Assembly: GCA_037127735.1 (NCBI GenBank)
Contig: JBAXXU010000002.1
Location: 18,406-82,405, forward strand
Direction: 5' to 3'
Origin: Bacteroidota bacterium
GTDB lineage: Bacteria > Bacteroidota > Bacteroidia > Bacteroidales > VadinHA17
DNA: 64,000 bases
Shown here: positions 28,974 through 36,365 of the stretch, one piece after another
How positions within the stretch are numbered: position 1 is the stretch's first letter
Layout of the letters: the number at the start of each line of letters is the position of its first letter
Position numbers and translations under genes: made by a program
The notes under the pieces: model-generated
Seen by the model: the letters and a program-made list of their open reading frames with translations, nothing else
Told to the model about the DNA's origin: nothing
Database searches by the model: none

Positions 28974-29042
28974 GGAGAGGGGGAGAAAAGGAGAAAGGGA
29001 GAAAAGGAGAAAGGGAGAGGGGGAGAAAAGGAGAAAGGGAGA
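28974..29042 (+). repeat. All-purine octamer tandem repeat GGAGA(GGG/AAA/AAG), 8 units plus a partial unit
   Basis: Units start at 28974 with an 8-nt period in the order A B C B C A B C. Confidence 0.92.
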
Positions 29043-29064
29043 TATACCTTATATTATTGTTAAC

Positions 29065-29092
29065 AGGCTGCATTCAGGTGCGGCCTTTTTTT
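29065..29092 (+). terminator. Rho-independent terminator after pgk
   Basis: AGGCTGCA-TTCAGG-TGCGGCCT hairpin followed by a T run. Confidence 0.75.
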
Positions 29093-29100
29093 TATCTTTG
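29093..29100 (+). promoter_or_regulatory. -7 element TATCTTTG
   Basis: TAnnTTTG immediately after the terminator, 8 nt before ATG 29109. Confidence 0.5.
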
Positions 29101-29108
29101 TATTAATT

Positions 29109-29639
29109 ATGAAGAGAACATCATTTATTTTACTTGCAACATTCTCACTGCTGACAGGTTGCACGAAAGTCGAATCAACACGTACATCGGGCATTGATAC
29201 AATTGATAATACTACTTACGAGTCAACTACTTATTACGTTTATGGTTTTTCATTTTCCAAGGCAAGCCTTGTTTCAACTATTGGTAAACCAGAGCCGGAT
29301 ATTACTTTATATGTTAATTTTGACAATCTGCCCCACAGATTAACATTACAGGCTAATAATCTAAAACCATCATTTTTTAAGTACGGAGAATTTGCCGATG
29401 AGGCAGCAGCTAAATTAGCCTTTGGCAATCTGAAAACATTTTCCGCCTCGTCCTGGCAGGATATGGCAGATCCGATAAGTGATAATCAGGTCTGGATATA
29501 CAGGTCCGGAAGCGAAAGCTACGCGAAGATCAGGGTAATTAGTACAGTCAATGAGATGAGGAATAACCTCCCATACGGAGAATGTAAATTCGAATGGGTT
29601 TATCAGCCCGATGGGTCCTCAACTTTTCCGGGTAAATGA
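29109..29639 (+). CDS. Hypothetical lipoprotein
   Basis: Signal peptide II ending in LLTGC, 176 aa, ATGA overlap with the next gene. Confidence 0.7.
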   Translation: MKRTSFILLATFSLLTGCTKVESTRTSGIDTIDNTTYESTTYYVYGFSFSKASLVSTIGKPEPDITLYVNFDNLPHRLTLQANNLKPSFFKYGEFADEAAAKLAFGNLKTFSASSWQDMADPISDNQVWIYRSGSESYAKIRVISTVNEMRNNLPYGECKFEWVYQPDGSSTFPGK

Positions 29640-30625
29640 AAACGGATTTACGGGATAGAATTTTCAACATTAAAAATCAGTCAGACTTTTTGCAAACAGC
29701 TCTGGAAATATTTGATTTTCAGTATTTAAAAAACACTGTTTATCAAATATTTACAGATAGTCTGGGAAGGAAGCGGAAGGCAGTTGATACTCTTGCAAGA
29801 ATACCATTCCTTCCCGTGGAATTTTTCAGGAATCATAAAATTGTTACCGGCAACCTTCCTGTCGAAATGATCTTTGAAAGCAGCGGCACAACCGGATTTT
29901 CACCGGGAAGACATTTCATAAATGATTTAAGTTTATATGAGAAAAGTTTCTTAAAAACTTTTAATCTATTTTTTGGAGACCCCGTGCAATATTTAATTAT
30001 GGCTTTGCTACCATCATATTCTGAAAGAAAAGGTTCTTCTCTTGTTTATATGGCTGATAAACTTATAAAAAGAAGCGGGCATCCACTCAGTGGCTTCTAT
30101 AATGGAAACATTGAGGATCTTATGTATGTGATTAAGAGATCAAAGGAAGAAAACCAGAAAACATTATTTCTCGGAGTCAGTTTCGCCCTTCTTGATCTGG
30201 CTGAAAAACATTCACCCGATCTGTCAGAGTTCATTGTTATGGAGACAGGAGGCATGAAAGGCAGGAGAAAGGAGTTAACCCGTCTGGAGCTTCATAATAT
30301 TCTGAAAGAGAAATTCAATATGACTTCAATACATTCAGAATATGGAATGACTGAACTGATAAGCCAGGCCTATTCGAAAGGTAACGGTATATTTTATTGT
30401 CCGCCCTGGATGAAAATACTGATAAGGGACCCTCAGGATCCTCTCTCTCTTTATACTGAAACAGGTAAAACAGGTGGGATCAACATTATTGATCTGGCAA
30501 ATATAAATTCATGTTCATTTATTGCCACAAGTGATCTCGGAAGGCTTCATGAAGACGGTGGCTTTGAAGTTCTGGGCAGGTTCGACAACAGCGATATCAG
30601 GGGTTGTAATCTGTTGGTTGAATAG
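29636..30625 (+). CDS. LuxE-family acyl-protein synthetase-like / acyltransferase
   Basis: IPFLPVEFF, FESSGTTG, ALLPSY.ER.GSSL, GVSFALLD, METGGMKGRR, SEYGMTEL.SQAY and GRFDNSDIRGCN. Confidence 0.8.
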   Translation: MKTDLRDRIFNIKNQSDFLQTALEIFDFQYLKNTVYQIFTDSLGRKRKAVDTLARIPFLPVEFFRNHKIVTGNLPVEMIFESSGTTGFSPGRHFINDLSLYEKSFLKTFNLFFGDPVQYLIMALLPSYSERKGSSLVYMADKLIKRSGHPLSGFYNGNIEDLMYVIKRSKEENQKTLFLGVSFALLDLAEKHSPDLSEFIVMETGGMKGRRKELTRLELHNILKEKFNMTSIHSEYGMTELISQAYSKGNGIFYCPPWMKILIRDPQDPLSLYTETGKTGGINIIDLANINSCSFIATSDLGRLHEDGGFEVLGRFDNSDIRGCNLLVE

Positions 30626-30631
30626 TATTTA

Positions 30632-30668
30632 ACCCCCCAATCCCATAAGGAGGTTTGGGGGTGAAAAA
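30632..30668. repeat. C-run/G-run palindrome (REP-like), probably a bidirectional terminator between convergent genes
   Basis: ACCCCCCAATCC-CATAA-GGAGGTTTGGGGGT followed by GAAAAA. Confidence 0.6.
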
Positions 30669-30692
30669 CACCGGGCAGGGAAAAATAATCTC

Positions 30693-31904
30693 TTAAAGCC
30701 CCAGTTTTGTTTTGATTCCGGCAGGGATAGCGTTTTTGTGAACCATGATCGCAATTGTCTTGGCACGAACATAATTCTCAGACATATTAAGATTTCCTCC
30801 AAAAGGATTTCTTTCAGTTCCCCATGAGTTCTTTGTAATATAATATCTGTTACCGTCCTGATCTTTAACAATACCGGTCAGGTGCATCAGGTGATCGTCT
30901 GTGGTGGTTTTATTATCGTAACCTGCTTCACGCGATTCCTGCGTTACTTTTATTTCAGGAAAAGGGCTGCTGAATTTGTAGGCTTCAGCTGTGCGTTCCT
31001 CATTGGTCATTTTACCAAACCTGGCCTTGTCGGCAGCAGAGTACCGGTCAATATTTTCAACATCAGGTATAATTGCAACACCTTTAGAATGAGAGAAGCC
31101 CTTTTCGCTTACATCGCCATCCCAGGCAACAGTATATCCTTTTGTGAGGGAAGAATCCATAATTGCTATAAGTTCATCGAGAGGGACATTGTAATAATTC
31201 ATTTTCCTCCAGTTGTCTGGAATAGGAACGACTCCCTGTGTGTAAAATGGGAAAAATGTGAACGAAGTGATCTCAACATAATCATCGGGATTAATTCCGA
31301 GGCTTGCCGAGAATGATTTTGGAGTATAACCGACTCCTTTATATGTAAAGGTTTGGGGAACTTTTCCAAGATAAGTGTCGAGTACTGCATCAACTATACT
31401 GAAATACTGATCGCTTTCCTTGTTTCTCTTGAGAGGCACAGCAGCGATTGCATTTACAAAAGCATTAAGCTCACCGTGGTTATGGTTAGGCATGCTGTAA
31501 TTCAGACCCGTATATACTTCATCCGGAATAATTCCATTTTTAACAAATTCTACGATCCAGTCATGTCCGACACTTCCCTGTCCCAGGTTTCCTTTACCTT
31601 GTTGCATGAAGTTGTCTTTCAGCCTGTCGGCATAGTTATATCTTACTATATACATTTCTGACAAATCATATTCTCCTTTTCCCATACGAAGGAGTTCTGA
31701 TTCAATGAACGAAGTCGTGGCGAAACACCAGCAGGTTCCGGTTCCAGCCTGATTTTTGACAGGAGTGGCTTTTAATTCAATCACCGGAGTAAACTTGTAA
31801 CCCTCTTCATTTTTCTGAAGGGCTTTATTTTTATTTTGGGCAAAGGAGGGTAAAATTGAAATAGAAATAGAAAGAATAATTGAAAGAAGAATACGGTTTT
31901 TCAT
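30693..31904 (-). CDS. Secreted C1-family cysteine aminopeptidase (PepC/bleomycin hydrolase-like)
   Basis: Signal peptide, Q..TGTCWCFAT (catalytic Cys), DDHLMH (His) and KNSWG (Asn). Confidence 0.9.
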   Translation of the reverse strand: MKNRILLSIILSISISILPSFAQNKNKALQKNEEGYKFTPVIELKATPVKNQAGTGTCWCFATTSFIESELLRMGKGEYDLSEMYIVRYNYADRLKDNFMQQGKGNLGQGSVGHDWIVEFVKNGIIPDEVYTGLNYSMPNHNHGELNAFVNAIAAVPLKRNKESDQYFSIVDAVLDTYLGKVPQTFTYKGVGYTPKSFSASLGINPDDYVEITSFTFFPFYTQGVVPIPDNWRKMNYYNVPLDELIAIMDSSLTKGYTVAWDGDVSEKGFSHSKGVAIIPDVENIDRYSAADKARFGKMTNEERTAEAYKFSSPFPEIKVTQESREAGYDNKTTTDDHLMHLTGIVKDQDGNRYYITKNSWGTERNPFGGNLNMSENYVRAKTIAIMVHKNAIPAGIKTKLGL

Positions 31905-32153
31905 ATAGTTGTAATTTTAATTTCTATTTAACCTGATTATCGTCTGAACATTTTTTCCGAGGAGTAAAGCTATGAAAAAACCAAAACCAAAATTAATTAA
32001 GATCAGTTATTTTGATTAAAGATCCATCCTGCGCAATAAAAATTGCTACGGCTGGCAAAGCATTTGAACAAACGAATTAAGAGTGCAGAAGTTACTATAG
32101 AAGGAAACAGTTCTGATTTCTGACTTCGATTGTTCTATTGTTCGTTTGTTACC

Positions 32154-32480
32154 TTACAATTTTTTCTTTCCGAAAACAAGGCTATATGAATGGTCGATCC
32201 ACGAAAAAACCTCTTTATCAGGAACTGTCCCATCAAGATTTATTGTGTTCCAGTGTTTCTTATTCATGTGGTAACCAGGTGTTACTGAAGAGTATCTTTC
32301 TCTCAGATCGATTGCAAGTACGGGATCACATTTCAGGTTAATACTCAGATCGTCGTTGAGATTTACCAGAGCAAAGATTTTCCCCCCCGCTTTAAATACA
32401 AGTGTATCATCACCGAAAGGGAAACTTTCTGTAACGTCTTTTTTCGAGATGCAATATTCTCTTAATGTTTCGATGTCCAT
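32154..32480 (-). CDS. MmcQ/YjbR-family protein
   Basis: ESFPFG..TLVFK..GKIFAL, NLKCDP and PGYHMNKKHWN. Confidence 0.92.
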   Translation of the reverse strand: MDIETLREYCISKKDVTESFPFGDDTLVFKAGGKIFALVNLNDDLSINLKCDPVLAIDLRERYSSVTPGYHMNKKHWNTINLDGTVPDKEVFSWIDHSYSLVFGKKKL

Positions 32481-32488
32481 AATAAGTT

Positions 32489-32854
32489 TTATCTCAGTGT
32501 TGGATAAAAGGCTCCTTCGATATGGTCTATATCGTATGTCTCGCCTGTTTTTATTATTGTGATTACATCAAACCGGCCCTCCTTATTTACATTAAACTTT
32601 TGAAGGTAGCCATCGGCAGCATAAATAATTGATTTTTGTTTTTCGTTGGTTACCGCTGTTACAGGATGCATCTGGTAATCGTCAGTGCGGGTTTTTACTT
32701 CCACGAAAACGATAATATCCTTATTATCAGCAATGATATCAATTTCATGTTTCCCCCATTTCCAGTTTCGGAACAGGATATTAAAGCCGGCATTTTTCAG
32801 ATAATCGTTTGCCAGATCTTCCCCTTTTTGACCCAGAATATGTGATTCGGCCAT
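32489..32854 (-). CDS. yraN: YraN (UPF0102) family nuclease-like protein
   Basis: G.KGE.LA..YL, RNW....EIDII, VFVEVKTR and RFDVI. Confidence 0.92.
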   Translation of the reverse strand: MAESHILGQKGEDLANDYLKNAGFNILFRNWKWGKHEIDIIADNKDIIVFVEVKTRTDDYQMHPVTAVTNEKQKSIIYAADGYLQKFNVNKEGRFDVITIIKTGETYDIDHIEGAFYPTLR

Positions 32855-32896
32855 ATAGATTGATGTTCTTTACTTAACCTGTATTATTAATTCAGA

Positions 32897-32928
32897 AGAT
32901 AAAAGACAAAAGTAAAAAGATAAAAGTC
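32897..32928. repeat. Short heptamer array (AAAAGAY-type), inverse of the array at 32994-33084
   Basis: AGATAAAAGACAAAAGTAAAAAGATAAAAGTC. Confidence 0.7.
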
Positions 32929-32993
32929 ATTCATTTACAGCCATTTGCAATATTTTTTATGTAAAGTTGATTTTTATGGTTGTTTTTCATAAT

Positions 32994-33084
32994 GTCTTTT
33001 TCCTTTTGTCTTTTTCCTTTTGTCTTTTTCCTTTTGTCTTTTGTCTTTTTCTTTTTGTCTTTTGTCTTTTTCTTTTTGTCTTTT
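32994..33084. repeat. Heptamer tandem repeat, 13 units (GTCTTTT/TCCTTTT/TCTTTTT)
   Basis: 91 nt = 13 x 7, counted unit by unit. Confidence 0.92.
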
Positions 33085-33117
33085 CAGAAGTTTAATAATT
33101 AAACAGGTAAATGAGTG

Positions 33118-33759
33118 TTAAATGGTGATAAGTTTATTTCTTATTGCAAAAAGTATAAGGCTTGCTGTATTTTTGGAATTGGTTTTTCCCAGAAGGTTAG
33201 CTCTGTGTTTATCAACAGTTCTTTTACTGATAAAAAGGGTTTCAGCTATCTCCTGGTTAGAGAAACCTTCGCATATTTTAAACAGAATTTCTTTTTCTCT
33301 TTTTGACAGGTTGGCAGTTTTACTCTCATTTTCGCGATGTTTGATCTTCTGAATGACATGATAAAGCAGCTCCTGCGAGAAATAGCTGCCTCCTTTTCTC
33401 ACTGTAAGGATGGCTTCTTTAACTTCGGAAATATCTGAATCTTTTAGCAGAAATCCTTTCGCTCCTGCATCCACCATTTTATAATAATACTCTTCCTCTC
33501 CGTACATTGAAAGAGCGATAATGTCAATTCCCGGACAAAGTTTAAGGCCTTTCCTTGTAGCTTCAATACCATCCATCAACGGCATGTTGATGTCCATAAG
33601 AGCAACATCTGCCCCGGTATTATTCAGAATTTTGAGAAACTCTTCCCCGTTTGATGCTTCACCGGTCACTTCAAATTCGGGGAAAGCATTAAGAAGTATT
33701 TTTAATCCGTTACGAAAGAGCTGGTGATCGTCTGCTATTATTATACGTATTTTCTCCAT
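33118..33759 (-). CDS. NarL/FixJ-family response regulator (REC + LuxR HTH)
   Basis: IIIADDHQLFRNG, LMDINMP, GFLLK and LSKREKEIL...HRANLLGK. Likely start 33759. Confidence 0.93.
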   Translation of the reverse strand: MEKIRIIIADDHQLFRNGLKILLNAFPEFEVTGEASNGEEFLKILNNTGADVALMDINMPLMDGIEATRKGLKLCPGIDIIALSMYGEEEYYYKMVDAGAKGFLLKDSDISEVKEAILTVRKGGSYFSQELLYHVIQKIKHRENESKTANLSKREKEILFKICEGFSNQEIAETLFISKRTVDKHRANLLGKTNSKNTASLILFAIRNKLITI

Positions 33760-33785
33760 TGCAAGTAATTCTGATATACAAAGAC

Positions 33786-34733
33786 TCAATCAATCATTTT
33801 GATAAGGGCGCTGGTTCCTTTTCCCGCGGCACTTTCCAGAATAAATACTCCTTCAACAGTTTTCACGCGTGTCTCAATGTTTGACAATCCCATTCCTTTA
33901 GTTTCTTCCTTGCTCAGAGTGGATGTGTCAAAACCACGGCCATTATCATAAAACTGCAAGGTAATAAATTTTTGTTGTTTGTTCAATTCTATCTCAATCC
34001 TCGAAGCTCCCGAGTGGAGAATAGAGTTATTTATAAGCTCACAGACAGCCCTGTAGATAACCACTTCCTTTTCATTTTCAAGTCGTTGGTTTTCCATATT
34101 TGTCTTAAAATCAATTTCAACTGCTTTTGTCTGATTTATTTTGGCGCTAAAAGCGCTTATTGCGCTGGCCAGTCCAAAATTCGACAGCATATGCGGACTC
34201 AGATTATTTGATATTTCTTTAATAGTATTAATAGCTTCGTTTACAAGATGGTTGGTATTATTGAGGATCACCATTCCTGAAGGATCCTTTATTCTGTCAT
34301 TTAGCGCTGAAAGAGACATTTTCACTGTTGAGAGGATTGGTCCAAGTCCATCGTGCAGATCTTTTGCGAACCTTTTCCTCTCATTTTCCTCCGTGTTAAT
34401 TATAGCATTTATTACCCTTTTTTCAGAACGCACCCTGTCTGTTTCTGCACGTTTAAGTGAGTAGAATAGTTCACGGATGAGGACAACACCGCTAATTATC
34501 ATAACTGCAACAAGAACTCCTGTCCATTCATCGATCATCCGCCAGGTATAAGAAGGTGTTCCTCTGAAATATTCAAAAAGCTGGATGATTGAACGCACAG
34601 TCATGAAAACAAAAGAGAGAGAAAGTAATATCCACGAGAGCCTGTATTTGGTAAGCTTCATGAATCCCAATGCAATTGATGCGGCAATGATCTGCAGAAC
34701 AATTGAGATAATAAGGGCAATAAGTCTTACCAT
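33786..34733 (-). CDS. HisKA_3 (NarX-like) sensor histidine kinase with a short three-TM input
   Basis: ERKRFAKDLHDGLG H-box, ELINNSILHS, DNGRGF and GMGLSNI. Hydrophobic N-terminus. Start 34733 or 34757. Confidence 0.9.
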   Translation of the reverse strand: MVRLIALIISIVLQIIAASIALGFMKLTKYRLSWILLSLSFVFMTVRSIIQLFEYFRGTPSYTWRMIDEWTGVLVAVMIISGVVLIRELFYSLKRAETDRVRSEKRVINAIINTEENERKRFAKDLHDGLGPILSTVKMSLSALNDRIKDPSGMVILNNTNHLVNEAINTIKEISNNLSPHMLSNFGLASAISAFSAKINQTKAVEIDFKTNMENQRLENEKEVVIYRAVCELINNSILHSGASRIEIELNKQQKFITLQFYDNGRGFDTSTLSKEETKGMGLSNIETRVKTVEGVFILESAAGKGTSALIKMID

Positions 34734-34829
34734 GGGGATTAAGATATTCTCATACAAAAATAGAAGTTAATTTATCTATAGCATCAACATGAAGATATAA
34801 AATAAAGGCACATCGGCACAACGGCGCCC

Positions 34830-34899
34830 GTAGGGACAGGTCGCGACCTTGTAGGGACAGGTCGCGACCTTGTAGGGACAGGTCGCGACCTGTCCCTAC
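34830..34899. repeat. GTAG-type REP: two 21-nt tandem partial copies plus a perfect 28-bp palindrome
   Basis: GTAGGGACAGGTCGCGACCTT at 34830 and 34851. GTAGGGACAGGTCGCGACCTGTCCCTAC at 34872-34899. Confidence 0.88.
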
Positions 34900-34951
34900 A
34901 GTATGCCATTATCCTATTTTTATTACCTTTGGCTATTCAAATGCAGCCATA

Positions 34952-36178
34952 ATGAAAGTACTATACAATATTGGAATTGTGATTTTTTCGGTTCTGGCGT
35001 ATCTTATTTCTCCATTTAATTCCAAAGCTTCATTATGGGTTAAAGGCAGGAAAAACTGGGCCGAAAAAATTTCAGCAAAGATAAAACCCGGGGATCGGAC
35101 TATTTGGATCCATTGTGCCTCGCTAGGAGAGTTTGAACAGGGAAGGCCGGTAATTGAAGCCATAAAACAAGAGAGACCGGACTTTAAAATTGTGCTTACA
35201 TTTTTTTCACCTTCAGGATTTGAGATCAGAAAGAACTATCCTGATGCTGACTGCATAAGCTATTTGCCTGTCGATACTCCGCGAAATGCAGAAAAATTCA
35301 TCGGTTTAGTGAAACCCGAATTTGTTATTTTCGTGAAATATGAGTTCTGGAACAATTATATATCAGCGCTTTACAAGAATAGTATTCCGCTCTATTTAGT
35401 CTCGGCTATTTTTAGACCAGACCAGCATTTTTTCAGATGGTACGGGTCATTTTTCATAGGCATGCTGCGAAAGTTTGAAAGGATATTTGTCCAGGATCAG
35501 GGGTCGTTTAATTTACTTTCAGGTATCGGCATGAAAAATGTATTGCTTGCCGGCGATACAAGGTTTGACAGGGTTATTCAGATAACCGGTACTGCAAAAG
35601 ATATTCCGCGTTTAGGAAAGTTCAGAGGAGATGAAAAGTTATTTCTCGCGGGTAGCAGCTGGAAACAGGATGAAGAGATTATTGCACGATATATAAACAA
35701 GTTCCCCGGCAGGATGAAGTGGGTTTTCGCCCCGCATGAAATTGATAAGCAAAATATCGAAAGACTTGAAAAACTTTTTACTGTCAGCCATGTCAGATTT
35801 TCTGAATTAAGTGAAGCTTCAGCTGATGCGAGAGTTATGATTATTGATAATATCGGGATGCTCTCTTCGGCGTATAAATATGCATATATTGCAGCAATTG
35901 GCGGAGGTTTCGGGAAAGGTATCCACAATATACTCGAGCCGGCATGCTGGGGAATACCTGTCATGTTTGGTCCAAGGTATAAAAAATTCAGAGAGGCAGT
36001 TGATTTAATTAATGAAAAGGGAGCAATGACTTTCGATTCATTTGAATTTTTTTCAGTTATTCTTGACAAATGGTTGACAGATGAGCAATTTTACTTAAAA
36101 TCAGCAAAAGCAGCAGTCGGTTATATTGATAAAAATGCCGGAGCAACTGCCAGATTTTTACAGGAAATTTCACAATAA
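34952..36178 (+). CDS. waaA: 3-deoxy-D-manno-octulosonic acid (Kdo) transferase
   Basis: WIHCASLGEFEQ, LTFFSPSG, GDTRFDRV, APHEI, IDNIGMLS and HNILEPA. Confidence 0.95.
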   Translation: MKVLYNIGIVIFSVLAYLISPFNSKASLWVKGRKNWAEKISAKIKPGDRTIWIHCASLGEFEQGRPVIEAIKQERPDFKIVLTFFSPSGFEIRKNYPDADCISYLPVDTPRNAEKFIGLVKPEFVIFVKYEFWNNYISALYKNSIPLYLVSAIFRPDQHFFRWYGSFFIGMLRKFERIFVQDQGSFNLLSGIGMKNVLLAGDTRFDRVIQITGTAKDIPRLGKFRGDEKLFLAGSSWKQDEEIIARYINKFPGRMKWVFAPHEIDKQNIERLEKLFTVSHVRFSELSEASADARVMIIDNIGMLSSAYKYAYIAAIGGGFGKGIHNILEPACWGIPVMFGPRYKKFREAVDLINEKGAMTFDSFEFFSVILDKWLTDEQFYLKSAKAAVGYIDKNAGATARFLQEISQ

Positions 36179-36365
36179 GATATTAACAAATTAAGCTCAT
36201 AAATTGTTAAAAACTAATCATTTCTAAATTGATAAGGTTGATTTAAAGTGACGTAATTTGATCGCTCGGATTTAAAATTTTTGTATTTCCGGTGTAACCA
36301 AACTATCAATTAATTACGCTAACCTTATCGAAAAATTCTTAATCCTTAAACCTAAATTCATTTAT

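Noticed and set aside
29636-30625. Bioluminescence operon
   Set aside because: Only a LuxE-like gene is present, with no luciferase, reductase or transferase.
34830-34899. Palindromic 21-nt repeats as a CRISPR array
   Set aside because: The units abut with no spacers and there are no cas genes; it fits a REP.
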